Origin: Candidatus Eiseniibacteriota bacterium
GTDB taxonomy: Bacteria; Eisenbacteria; RBG-16-71-46; JABDJR01; JAWXBZ01
Direction of reading: 5' to 3'
Length of the DNA: 20,717 bases
Assembly: GCA_034440375.1 (NCBI GenBank)
Contig: JAWXBZ010000097.1
Location: forward strand, 1-20,717
Both the position numbers and the translations under genes were made by a program. Below the pieces are notes generated by a model that worked only from the letters and a program-made list of their open reading frames with translations, searched no databases and had not been told where the DNA came from. Shown here in pieces: positions 6,510 through 15,391 of the stretch (positions are counted from its first letter, which is position 1; each line of letters opens with the position of its first letter).

Positions 6510-9345
6510 AGAGAACTACCGCCCGGATCGCCTCGATCCTGGAACCCTGCGTCAATCGAACGAAATATACGCCGGGTGCCAGCAAGCGATTCGCCCGCAG
6601 GCTGATGGTTCGGGAAGCGGACTCGATGACTTCCACCGACTCGGAGGCCACGCGTCGGCCCGACAGGTCGAAGACATCGAGGATGGCGAGGCCCGCTTCC
6701 GGGAAGTCGGCGATTACCGCCAGCTCAGATCCACGTACCGGGTTCCATGCCAGACGCAGGTTCATCGCCGCGAGTGGCGCCGACGTGTCTGGCGCTCCTC
6801 CGAGTTCGTTGGAGGCAATTCTGGCGGCCATCTGGTCGGAGCCGCGAATGAACCGTCCATCGCGAGTTCTCGCCCGAAGCACAAAGGTGGAGGATTCGCT
6901 GGAAACGTCGAGTTCGTCGATTCTGAAGTTGACGATGAGGTCCGGGAATTGATCCGAGTTGACATCCGCGACATTCGCGTGAATGGTCCCGTTACCCCGG
7001 CGGGCTACCGCGACCCCGTTCAGGCGAACCGTCGCCGGGTCCACATCGGCTGCGGAAAAGTCCGACGTGCTGAGGATAGCCACGGGCAGAAAACCTTTCG
7101 AATTCGTGGAGATCCTGTCTCGATGACTTCGGGGACGTATCTCGATCGCGACCTCCACAAGCGGACTCCCCCATTCCAGTACCCAGGTGTCATTGAGATA
7201 CGGGCTGAATCGATCCCCGGGACTTCCCCTGGAATACGCACCTCCCCCACCGAACAGGATCGCCCGGTCCCGAACCGGATCGTACGCGGCGGCATGCCCC
7301 GAGCGCGGGGCCGGCGGAGTACCCTGCGGAGACAGGCGTGTCCACTTGCTGTCCACGAACGAGAACGACCAGAGCTCGTTGCTGACGGGCGCGTTGCCAT
7401 CCGTCCCGCCAAAGACGACCATGCGGTCCCGGACGGGATCGTAGAACGCCGTGTGGAAGGCGCGCCGGGGCCCTGCATCACCGGTGGGAGTCAGTCTCGA
7501 CCACACCGGCTCCCCGGCCAGACAGAGTGCCCAGATCTCATTGAAAGGCGGGTGTTCATCGCCTTCTCCACCGAAGATGATCATGCGGTCCCGATCCGAA
7601 TCGAAGACCGCGGAATGCCCCTCCCTGGGCCCGGGCCGGGACCCCGTGTCCGGTTCCCCCCATTCCGGTGCGCCGGTGAGGGAAAGGGTTCGTAGACTGT
7701 TGCTGTAGACCCGGGTCCAAAGCGATATGTCTCTCGGGCCGCAACCCAGGGACTGAATTTCGCTTCCCCCGAAAGTCACGATCCGTCCTCGCGGCGGGTC
7801 GTAGACAGCCGAGTGCCCCTCCTTAAGACCTCCGGCCGGAACGGGCGAAAAGCCTTCACCGCCCGTCAGCGGGATGGCCCAGTTTTCGGGTTCCGGGTAG
7901 TGGGAGAGGAGCACATCCCTGGAGCAACCTCCACCGACCTCCATTCCCCCCAGTCCGATCAGGCGATCATTCAGTGGATCATGGACAAATCCGTGCCGCT
8001 CGCGCCGGAGACCGGCCGACGACATGACGGTCCAACGGCTCGCATCGGGCAACGGGAGGGCCCACAGGTTTTCGTCGTAGGAGGGTATCCCTTTGAGATT
8101 GCGTCCTCCGAACATGAGCATGCGATCTCGAACCGGGTCGTAAACCATTCCGTGTCCGATTCGCACCTGGGGCATCAGGGTCAGAGGATGCCAGACGGGA
8201 CTGGTTGCCAAATCGAGCGCCAGGACCTCGTTGCTAGTCGCGCGGCGATCATGGATCGTCTCGAACGGAAACCAGAACCGCGTGCCTCCGAATGCGATGA
8301 GGCGGTTCCGGGCCGGATCATGAACTGCCTGGTGGCCTGTGTCTTCCGGTGGCGTCCCCGCGGCGGTCAGTCGACTCCAGGCGACAGGCGCCCCGAGCGA
8401 GAGCGCCCACGCATCGTTGTGGAAAAGGCCGCCGAACACAATGAGGCGATCCTGCTGCGGTTCGTACAGAGCGGTGTGTTCCAGGCGGTTTGTCGGGCCG
8501 GGTCCAGCCGGTGACAGTTCAATCCAGGAAGGAGCACCGGACAACGTCAGAGCCCACACGTCATCCGTGTGATTCGTGGCATCACCTCCGAAGAGGAGCA
8601 CTCGATCTCGCTCGGGATCGTACGTCAGGGAGTGCCACGCCCTTCCTGGCGGAGAAGTCCCGGAGACCTGCAACCGGGACCAGGAGGTCGGACCCTCCAA
8701 TGACAGGGACCAGACGTCGGCGAAGTAGGCATAGCCGGTCAGATCGTATCGGTAGGCATACGTCGCCCCCCCGAAGACCAGGATACGACGTCGCAGGGGA
8801 TCGAAGACCGCCGCGTGGAAGACGCGAGCGGGGGGCAAAACCCCGAGCGCTTGCACCCGGGTCCACTCGGGCCGGGCACCGAGCTCGAGTGCCCACGCCT
8901 CATTTGTCGGGCCCGCCGGGCCCTCTCCTCCGAAAAGAATGATTCGGTTTCCGGGCGGATCGTAGGTGACTGTATGGCCGAGGAACACGCGGGGCGGGGT
9001 TCCCATGGGTGCAAGCCGGGTCCAGCCGACTTGACCCGCGAGCGAGAGAGCCCATGACTCCGGATGGGCCAGAATGACCCGGTCGCCGTTGGAGTCGTAG
9101 GCAAGCTTTCCCGTGTAGCCCAAGCCGATCGAGGGTACAGGGTTCGGCTCGAACCACTCTCCATCGACGGCTTTGTCAGGCTGTGGCAGTAGGGCCTGAC
9201 CTGAGGGACCGGCCAGGACCGTCGTCGGAAACGCCTCCGGACTCAAGCCCGGGTAAGGCTGTGAGGCGAAAGAGGCGACCGCGCCGTACTGGAGGCAGAG
9301 CGTCAGCGCCCAGCGAACGGCAACCAGCGGCATGATGCGGTTCAC
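6499..9345 (-). CDS. Secreted Kelch-repeat beta-propeller protein with C-terminal T9SS type-A sorting/FlgD-Ig-like domain
   Basis: N-terminal signal-like segment; 12 repeats of H...YDP.RDR..LFGG (the first degenerate); C-terminal WNP...[12 protein letters not shown]...[14 protein letters not shown] overlap with the surE stop. Confidence 0.88.
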   Translation of the reverse strand: MNRIMPLVAVRWALTLCLQYGAVASFASQPYPGLSPEAFPTTVLAGPSGQALLPQPDKAVDGEWFEPNPVPSIGLGYTGKLAYDSNGDRVILAHPESWALSLAGQVGWTRLAPMGTPPRVFLGHTVTYDPPGNRIILFGGEGPAGPTNEAWALELGARPEWTRVQALGVLPPARVFHAAVFDPLRRRILVFGGATYAYRYDLTGYAYFADVWSLSLEGPTSWSRLQVSGTSPPGRAWHSLTYDPERDRVLLFGGDATNHTDDVWALTLSGAPSWIELSPAGPGPTNRLEHTALYEPQQDRLIVFGGLFHNDAWALSLGAPVAWSRLTAAGTPPEDTGHQAVHDPARNRLIAFGGTRFWFPFETIHDRRATSNEVLALDLATSPVWHPLTLMPQVRIGHGMVYDPVRDRMLMFGGRNLKGIPSYDENLWALPLPDASRWTVMSSAGLRRERHGFVHDPLNDRLIGLGGMEVGGGCSRDVLLSHYPEPENWAIPLTGGEGFSPVPAGGLKEGHSAVYDPPRGRIVTFGGSEIQSLGCGPRDISLWTRVYSNSLRTLSLTGAPEWGEPDTGSRPGPREGHSAVFDSDRDRMIIFGGEGDEHPPFNEIWALCLAGEPVWSRLTPTGDAGPRRAFHTAFYDPVRDRMVVFGGTDGNAPVSNELWSFSFVDSKWTRLSPQGTPPAPRSGHAAAYDPVRDRAILFGGGGAYSRGSPGDRFSPYLNDTWVLEWGSPLVEVAIEIRPRSHRDRISTNSKGFLPVAILSTSDFSAADVDPATVRLNGVAVARRGNGTIHANVADVNSDQFPDLIVNFRIDELDVSSESSTFVLRARTRDGRFIRGSDQMAARIASNELGGAPDTSAPLAAMNLRLAWNPVRGSELAVIADFPEAGLAILDVFDLSGRRVASESVEVIESASRTISLRANRLLAPGVYFVRLTQGSRIEAIRAVVLSEP

Positions 9346-10145
9346 GTGCGGCCCTCAGATCGATGCGGTTGTGGGTGAGTCGGGGCTAGTGCTCCGGCCG
9401 GCACGTCGAGCCCCCACGTTTCCATCTCCACCAGGAGCCGATAGTCGGTCATGTCCATGTTCAGCGGCGTGACCGAAATGAAACCGTCACGGATGGCGGC
9501 AATGTCGGTCCGCTCTTCCGGGGCCCACTGGGCGGTTCCGGCCACCCAGTAATAGGGGCGGCCCCGGGGGTCGACCCGTGGCGCGATGATGTCCGTGAAG
9601 ACCCGGTGCCCGAGACGGGTCAGCCGAATGCCCCGCATGGCTTCGAAGGGAATGGCCGGGACGTTGACGTTCAGCAGCGTCTTGGGCGGCAACGGCGTAT
9701 CGATCAGTCGGCGGGCCAGTTCGAGGGCCACCTGCGCCGCCGGCTCGAATGGCTCCGGATCAAACGTGGCCAGGCTGACGGCAATCGATGGGATGCCGAG
9801 GAGTGTTCCCTCGAAGGCCGCCGAGACGGTTCCGGAGTAGGTGACGTCGTCCCCCATGTTCGGCCCCGCGTTGACGCCGGAGACGACCAGGTCGGGCTTC
9901 TCCCCCTTCAGGATGGCGTGAACGGCCAGAAGGACGCAGTCGGTGGGAGTGCCGGTGACGGACCATTCGGCAGGAGCAATTTCCGTCATGCGCAGCGGAT
10001 GCTGAAGGGTCAGGGCATGACCGGAGGCACTTCGTTCCGCGTCCGGGGCCACGACGAGGACATCGCCGAGCTGTCGGAAGGCGGCGGCCAGGGCCTTGAT
10101 GCCCGGAGCGAAGATACCGTCGTCGTTGGTGACTAAAATTCGCAT
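9342..10145 (-). CDS. surE: 5'/3'-nucleotidase SurE
   Basis: MRILVTNDDG, VVAP..ERS..GH, GTPTDCV, DLVVSGVNAGPN.G.DVTYSGTV.AA.EG, SVTPL. The true start is ATG 10145; the ORF-track extension runs through a tRNA. Confidence 0.96.
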   Translation of the reverse strand: MRILVTNDDGIFAPGIKALAAAFRQLGDVLVVAPDAERSASGHALTLQHPLRMTEIAPAEWSVTGTPTDCVLLAVHAILKGEKPDLVVSGVNAGPNMGDDVTYSGTVSAAFEGTLLGIPSIAVSLATFDPEPFEPAAQVALELARRLIDTPLPPKTLLNVNVPAIPFEAMRGIRLTRLGHRVFTDIIAPRVDPRGRPYYWVAGTAQWAPEERTDIAAIRDGFISVTPLNMDMTDYRLLVEMETWGLDVPAGALAPTHPQPHRSEGRT

Positions 10146-10160
10146 TGGGGTGATCCTACA

Positions 10161-10189
10161 GCGCCCGGAAGCGAAAAGCTTCCGGGCGC
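10161..10189. other. Perfect 12-bp hairpin between tRNA-Pro(GGG) and surE
   Basis: GCGCCCGGAAGC-GAAAA-GCTTCCGGGCGC; no U-tract on the minus strand. Confidence 0.75.
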
Positions 10190-10195
10190 CAATGG

Positions 10196-10273
<78 letters not shown>

Positions 10274-10294
10274 TGTCTTCAGGTAGGGTAATGG

Positions 10295-10867
10295 TCAAGC
10301 GCCGAGGATCTTAGGCTCCGGAGCGGTGTCCTGTCCACTGTCGTCATCCGAGTCGGCGGAAACGTCGGCGGTGGAATCGGTCATCGTGTCGGTATGGCCA
10401 GCTCCATTTCCGCCATTTCCGCCGCTCCCGGCCCCGGCAACCGCGTCGCGGGCCGTCGCGGCGACCTCCTCGGCCCTGGAGCGCCGGGCCACCTCACCCG
10501 GCGGCTGCTTCAGATCATCGAGAACATCCTTCAAATCGCGAATGATCTCGTTCAGGAGCGACAGTCGTTCGACATCGGTGAATTTGATCTCGATCTGATC
10601 GCGGAGCGCGGCGCGATCGTCCAGCAGTTTTCGGCGCGCCCCGGAGATGGTGTATCCCTTGTCGTAGAGGAGCTCCTTGATCAGTTGAATCAGCTTCAGA
10701 TCGCGCTTTCGGTACATCCGGTTGCCGGCCTTGTTTTTTTTCGGCCGCAGCATCTTGAACTGCGTTTCCCAGTACCGAAGAACATGTGGCTTCACCTTGG
10801 CGATGGCACTGGCCTCGCTGATCGAATAGTAGAGCTTGGTATCGGTTCGTTCGCGCAGCCGGCTCAC
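10295..10867 (-). CDS. MerR-family HTH transcriptional regulator (type usually next to ihfA and tRNA-Pro)
   Basis: YYSISE...VKPHVLRYWETQF..LRPKKNKAGNRMY...IKELLYDKGYTISGAR; low-complexity tail; GTGA overlap with the gpsA stop. Confidence 0.92.
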   Translation of the reverse strand: MSRLRERTDTKLYYSISEASAIAKVKPHVLRYWETQFKMLRPKKNKAGNRMYRKRDLKLIQLIKELLYDKGYTISGARRKLLDDRAALRDQIEIKFTDVERLSLLNEIIRDLKDVLDDLKQPPGEVARRSRAEEVAATARDAVAGAGSGGNGGNGAGHTDTMTDSTADVSADSDDDSGQDTAPEPKILGA

Positions 10868-11856
10868 GTGAGTTCCGCCTTCGGATCGCGCAGCATCAGC
10901 TCGCGAATCGCCTGACGGGGTTCCTTGACCCCATCCAGCACTCCCCGGACCGCCGTGGCGATGGGCATATCGACGTCGTACCGCCTCGCCAGGTCGACGC
11001 CGGCCCGCGTGGTCCTGACCCCCTCGGCCACCCCCACCATGCCGCCAAGCACATCGTCCACGGAACGCCCTTGCCCCAGTTGCTCACCGACCCAGCGATT
11101 GCGGCTGTGGGGGCTGATGCAGGTCGTGACGAGATCGCCGAGGCCCGACAGGCCGCTGAACGTTTCGGGCCGGCCGCCCAGTTTCGTGCCGAGCCGGGTG
11201 ATCTCGGCCAGCCCGCGCGTCACCAGCGCCCCCATCGTGTTGTCGCCGTAACCGAGGCCCACGGATATTCCCGCCGCGATGGCGATGATGTTCTTGAGTC
11301 CTGCGGCCAGTTCCACGCCGACCAAATCCGGGCTCGTATAGATGCGGAGAGTCTCGCTGTTCAGCAGCTCCTGGGTCCGTCGGGCCGCCTCCGGATTGTG
11401 TGAGGCCGCCACCAGCGCCGTGGGCTGCCCCCGGCTGACCTCCTCCGCGTGAGACGGGCCGAGGAGCGAAACCACCGGGGTTTCCGCCGGAAGCAACTCG
11501 GTCAGGATCGTCGACATCCGATCCAGGGAGCCTTCCTCCAGCCCCTTCGCCACGTTGACAACGGTGGCGCCGGCCGGGAGGTAGGACGCCGCGCTGGTGG
11601 CCACTTCACGGACGGCGTGCGACGGTACGGCAAAAACCACCAGAGCGCAGCCGGCCAGGACGCCCGAGACCGTCTCCTCGATGCGGAGATTCGCCGGAAG
11701 CGGAACCCCGGGCAGATACTTGCGGTTTTCACGATCGGCGGCCAGGCTCGCGCGCTGAGAGGGATCATGCGTCCAGCCAGCTACATCAACGCGGCCGGCC
11801 AGCAGCGCGGCCAGGGCCGTGCCCCAGGAGCCGAGGCCCAGAACGCCCACCGTCAC
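10864..11856 (-). CDS. gpsA: NAD(P)H-dependent glycerol-3-phosphate dehydrogenase
   Basis: GLGSWGTALA, NRKYLPG, AKGLE, GPSHAEEV, LKNIIAIAAG, GLSGLGDL..TC.S.HSRN, AEGV. Start taken as GTG 11856, overlapping the plsY stop. Confidence 0.96.
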   Translation of the reverse strand: MTVGVLGLGSWGTALAALLAGRVDVAGWTHDPSQRASLAADRENRKYLPGVPLPANLRIEETVSGVLAGCALVVFAVPSHAVREVATSAASYLPAGATVVNVAKGLEEGSLDRMSTILTELLPAETPVVSLLGPSHAEEVSRGQPTALVAASHNPEAARRTQELLNSETLRIYTSPDLVGVELAAGLKNIIAIAAGISVGLGYGDNTMGALVTRGLAEITRLGTKLGGRPETFSGLSGLGDLVTTCISPHSRNRWVGEQLGQGRSVDDVLGGMVGVAEGVRTTRAGVDLARRYDVDMPIATAVRGVLDGVKEPRQAIRELMLRDPKAELT

Positions 11857-12482
11857 GCCTTCGGTCCCCGTTTCCACAGGTGCGACTCCGTCCCGGCCAT
11901 CAATCGTTTCCAGTTGGTTCGATGGCGCAGCAGGATGATGATGGTCATGATTACCGCCAGAATGAGCACGGCGCCCCACTGGCGCTGGACCGTGGCACGC
12001 ATCAGGTAAATGGCAACCGGAAGGACGAGCGCGGCGATCATCGAACCAAGTGAGACGAAGCCCGAAACGGCCACGAACAGAACGAAGAATCCGAATGAAA
12101 TGGCCATGGGGATTGGCGCAAGGCCGATGAAGATGCCAAGGGAAGTGGCCACCCCCTTGCCTCCCTTGAAGGAAGCGAATGGCGTCAGGATATGGCCGGT
12201 CATGGCGGAGAGCCCGCCGACCAGTCGAAGGTAAGGCCATGATTCCGATCCGGGCAGAAGTGTCGGCACCATGACGGCGGCCAGCCAACCCTTGCCCGCA
12301 TCCAGCAGAAGTACAAGCAGCGCCGCCCACGGTCCCATCGCTCGATAGACGTTCGTGGCGCCGAGATTACCGCTGCCTGTCTTGCGGATATCCCCCTTGC
12401 CGAGCAGATAACCCATCCAGAGTCCCCAGGGCATGGAGCCCAGGAGAAAACCGGCAAGGATGACCGCCAGGTAGTAATTCAT
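11853..12482 (-). CDS. plsY: Glycerol-3-phosphate 1-O-acyltransferase PlsY
   Basis: LLGSMP.G, DIRKTGSGNLGATN..R, DAGKG, GH...F.GGKGVAT, RHRTN..RL..GTE; multiple hydrophobic segments. ATG 12482 overlaps the der stop. Confidence 0.96.
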   Translation of the reverse strand: MNYYLAVILAGFLLGSMPWGLWMGYLLGKGDIRKTGSGNLGATNVYRAMGPWAALLVLLLDAGKGWLAAVMVPTLLPGSESWPYLRLVGGLSAMTGHILTPFASFKGGKGVATSLGIFIGLAPIPMAISFGFFVLFVAVSGFVSLGSMIAALVLPVAIYLMRATVQRQWGAVLILAVIMTIIILLRHRTNWKRLMAGTESHLWKRGPKA

Positions 12483-13840
12483 TTCTGCGGTTCCCCTGAT
12501 CGTGTCGCCGGCCGGCGGGCGCGGTAGCGCACGTCGATCGGGCATCCCTCGAATCCCAGCGCTTCGCGCAGGGAGTTGATCACGTAACGGCGGTAGCTGG
12601 TGGCGAATGCCAGCGGTTCATTGACAAAAAGCGTGAAGACCGGCGGGGCGACCCCCGTCTGCGTGCCATAGTAGATCCTTGGAGGCTTTCCGACACGCTT
12701 GCTCGCAGGCGGTTGATATTTTTTTTCCATCGCCTCAAGGAATCGGTTCAGCTCGGAGGTGGTGATGACGCGCTTTCGCTCACGGGCCAGCTGGCGGGCC
12801 AGCGTCGGAATTTTTGACACCCGGAGCCCCGTCAACGCCGACACGAACATGATGGGCGCATACCGGATGTGCGGCAGCCGGCGGCGCGCCTCCTTGGCCT
12901 GCTCGTCGGCGGTCTTCGTCTCTTTCTCGACCAGGTCCCATTTGTTCAGGAGGAGGATGACGCTCTTCCCCGCCACGTGGGCCAGGCTGGCGATGTGCGC
13001 GTCCTGGTGGCCGAGCGGTTCGTGCGCATCGACGACGATGCCGGCCACCTCGCAGCGCTCGATGGCGCGCTGGGTCCGGACGCTCGAAAAATACTCAACG
13101 CCGTCGTCGATCTTCGAGCGCTTGCGCAGTCCGGCCGTATCGACCAGCCTGATCCGGGTGCCATCGAAGGTGAACTCGGTGTCGATTGAATCCCGGGTGG
13201 TGCCGGGCTCCTCGTGAACAATCATCCGTTCCTCGCCGAGCAGCCGATTGACCAGCGATGATTTGCCGACATTGGGGCGCCCGACCAGTGCCAGGCTCAC
13301 GAGCTCGTCGGCCCCTTTCTTCTTTTTTCCGCTCGGCAGTCGGTCGATGATGGCATCCAGCAGGTCGCCGATCCCGCGCCCGTGTGAGGACGACACGGTG
13401 AAGAGTTCGCCCATGCCGAAGTTGCCGAATTCCCACGACTCCGATTCGGCCCGCATGGTGTCGATCTTGTTCACCACGAACAGGTACGGCCGGCCGCAGG
13501 CCCGGATGGCTTCGGCGATTTCCTGGTCGAGGGGAGTTGGTCCTTCCAGCCCATCCACCAGAAAGAGGATGAGATCGGACTCCTTGAAGGCCACTTCCGT
13601 CTGGCGGCGGACGGCGGCGGTCATTCCGGTCCTGGCATTGGGCACCAGGCCGCCCGTGTCAATCAGGATGAAAGGGATCTCGCGCCAGCGCGCCTCGGCT
13701 TCGTGCCGGTCGCGCGTGACGCCAGGCAAGTCATGGACGACGGCGCGCTGGCCGCCCACGATTCGATTGAAGAAGGTCGACTTGCCGACGTTGGGACGCC
13801 CGACAAGGCTGACGATCGGGAGACGGGTCAGGGTACTCAT
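12479..13840 (-). CDS. der: Ribosome biogenesis double GTPase Der (EngA)
   Basis: Two P-loops GRPNVGKST and GRPNVGKSS, GVTRD/GTTRD, DTGG/DTAG, NKID/NKWD, C-terminal KH-like domain. Confidence 0.98.
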   Translation of the reverse strand: MSTLTRLPIVSLVGRPNVGKSTFFNRIVGGQRAVVHDLPGVTRDRHEAEARWREIPFILIDTGGLVPNARTGMTAAVRRQTEVAFKESDLILFLVDGLEGPTPLDQEIAEAIRACGRPYLFVVNKIDTMRAESESWEFGNFGMGELFTVSSSHGRGIGDLLDAIIDRLPSGKKKKGADELVSLALVGRPNVGKSSLVNRLLGEERMIVHEEPGTTRDSIDTEFTFDGTRIRLVDTAGLRKRSKIDDGVEYFSSVRTQRAIERCEVAGIVVDAHEPLGHQDAHIASLAHVAGKSVILLLNKWDLVEKETKTADEQAKEARRRLPHIRYAPIMFVSALTGLRVSKIPTLARQLARERKRVITTSELNRFLEAMEKKYQPPASKRVGKPPRIYYGTQTGVAPPVFTLFVNEPLAFATSYRRYVINSLREALGFEGCPIDVRYRARRPATRSGEPQK

Positions 13841-15153
13841 GTGCTGGCCACCTCTTCCGGAACAAGTGAGTCGGCCGTCCAGAGCGAGTCGAAACCCACG
13901 GCAATTCGGCCACCGAACTCGGCGGTCAGGTCGTCGAGCGCCACGTCGTCCATGAAAATCTGGCGATCATTCAGGGCATTGGCCGGTATCAGCGCCAGGT
14001 CGAACGGGCCGGCAGTACGGAGTTCCCGCGCGAAATCCTTAGCCCCCAGCAGGCCGGTCACCGACGTCGGCCGGCCGAAAGTTTCATTGACCACGAGGCG
14101 CGTCTCGATCTGCACCTTTCCCCCACCCGGCACCTTGCGCCGCACCATCTCGCGAATGGTTGGCCCGGCGCTCTCGCCACTCAGGATCAGGAGCCGGAAC
14201 AAACCGCGCCGGGTCAGTCCCTCGACGTCCAGGGTCCGACGGCGAAAGTCGTTCTTCAGTTGACGGACCATGCCGACACCGTTGCCGATCTGAAGAAATC
14301 CGTCGTAGTAACCGGTGTTCGGAATCGCCTTTCCGGCCAGGAGGAGAAACTCATCGGCCATGTAAACGAATCCGCGGCCCAGCTTCCGGCGAAAGTCCTG
14401 ATGTCGCCGCTCGACATGATCACACACGGCGGCGGCCTCTTCCATCGTATACGGACGCAGCCCGCGCTCGCCGGGCATGTGCGCCGTCAGGCCGATCGGC
14501 ACCACGCCGATCGATTCGACGCCAGGGAAGTAGGCGGCCAGTCCGTCAATCGTGTCGTCCATGACCGCACCGTCATTCACGCCCGGCAGGGCCACGATCT
14601 GGGTGTGAATCCTGATCCCTTCGCCGAGGAGCCTTTCAATTTGAGGCCGAATCATCCGCGCCCGGGCCGTTCCAAGAAGATACGTCCTGACTTCCGGGTC
14701 AAGGGCATGCACCGATACGTACAGGGGCGACAGGTGGTAATCGATGATTCGCTGGAAGTCTGATTCCTTGAGATTGGTCAGCGTAATGAAATGGCCGTCA
14801 AGAAACGAAAAGCGGTAATCGTCATCCCGAACGTAGACCGCGGGACGCATGCCGGGAGGGTTCTGATCAACGAAGCAGAACGGGCACTTGTTGCCGCAAA
14901 CCCGAAACCTGGTTTCGGGAAACTCGAGGCCAAATTCCTCGCCGTAGGTTCGGGTCAGGGATACGGTGAACCGTCCGCCATCCGGAGCTTCCTCCGCCCG
15001 CTCGACATCCAGTTCCACCTCTTCCTCGCTGAGATGAAAATAGAGGTCGAGGAAGTCGGTGACGGCGTGACCGTTTACGCGCCGGATCGTGTCCCCCGGC
15101 CGGAGCCGTGACCGTGCCGCCGTGCTTCCCTCTCGGATCGAGCGTATTTGCAT
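13837..15153 (-). CDS. DUF512 protein with N-terminal PDZ-like domain and radical-SAM-type CxxxCxxC motif
   Basis: S.AA...LRPGD.I..VNG; CGNKCPFCFVDQNPPGMR..VY.RDDDYR.SFL.G.FITLTN; LSPLYVSVH; VVPIGLT; Q.GNGVG. Start uncertain (15153, or in-frame 15183/15189). Confidence 0.9.
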   Translation of the reverse strand: MQIRSIREGSTAARSRLRPGDTIRRVNGHAVTDFLDLYFHLSEEEVELDVERAEEAPDGGRFTVSLTRTYGEEFGLEFPETRFRVCGNKCPFCFVDQNPPGMRPAVYVRDDDYRFSFLDGHFITLTNLKESDFQRIIDYHLSPLYVSVHALDPEVRTYLLGTARARMIRPQIERLLGEGIRIHTQIVALPGVNDGAVMDDTIDGLAAYFPGVESIGVVPIGLTAHMPGERGLRPYTMEEAAAVCDHVERRHQDFRRKLGRGFVYMADEFLLLAGKAIPNTGYYDGFLQIGNGVGMVRQLKNDFRRRTLDVEGLTRRGLFRLLILSGESAGPTIREMVRRKVPGGGKVQIETRLVVNETFGRPTSVTGLLGAKDFARELRTAGPFDLALIPANALNDRQIFMDDVALDDLTAEFGGRIAVGFDSLWTADSLVPEEVAST

Positions 15154-15224
15154 ATCACCACCAACATCGCACTGCCCCCCCATCCTCACAGGTTCGGAGG
15201 TGGGGCAACTGGTCCGACTGTCCT

Positions 15225-15247
15225 GAAAAGGCCCAGCGACGGGGCCT
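15225..15247 (-). terminator. Weak intrinsic terminator downstream of tRNA-Gly
   Basis: Minus strand AGGCCC-CGTCGCT-GGGCCT followed by TTTC. Confidence 0.5.
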
Positions 15248-15263
15248 GAAACGGTCTATGATT

Positions 15264-15339
15264 TGGAGCGGGCAGCGGGGTTCGAACCCGCGACATTCAG
15301 CTTGGGAAGCTGACACTCTACCAACTGAGTTATGCCCGC
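15264..15339 (-). tRNA. tRNA-Gly, anticodon CCC
   Basis: GCGGGCATAACTCAGTTGGTAGAGTGTCAGCTTCCCAAGCTGAATGTCGCGGGTTCGAACCCCGCTGCCCGCTCCA: 76-nt cloverleaf, U73 discriminator, encoded CCA. Confidence 0.97.
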
Positions 15340-15362
15340 GCCCTGACTTCGTAACAGGCTGG

Positions 15363-15391
15363 AGATTATCCGGTTGCCGGATTTGTGTCAA
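15363..15391 (-). promoter_or_regulatory. Sigma-70 promoter for tRNA-Gly, overlapping the miaA stop
   Basis: Consensus TTGACA (15391-15386, containing the miaA TGA), 17-nt spacer, TAATCT (15368-15363). Confidence 0.75.

Noticed and set aside
7170..9120. Periodic GGATCGTA/CCGAA-like nucleotide motifs suggesting a CRISPR or repeat array
   Set aside because: Degenerate and codon-phased; they encode the Kelch YDP/FGG motifs.
10404..10423. Short tandem repeat CCATTTCCG
   Set aside because: Encodes the GNGGNG low-complexity linker of the MerR protein; in frame, only about two copies.
11857..12330. Apparent 158-aa N-terminal extension of GpsA
   Set aside because: It overlaps plsY in another frame; the Rossmann motif begins right after GTG 11856.
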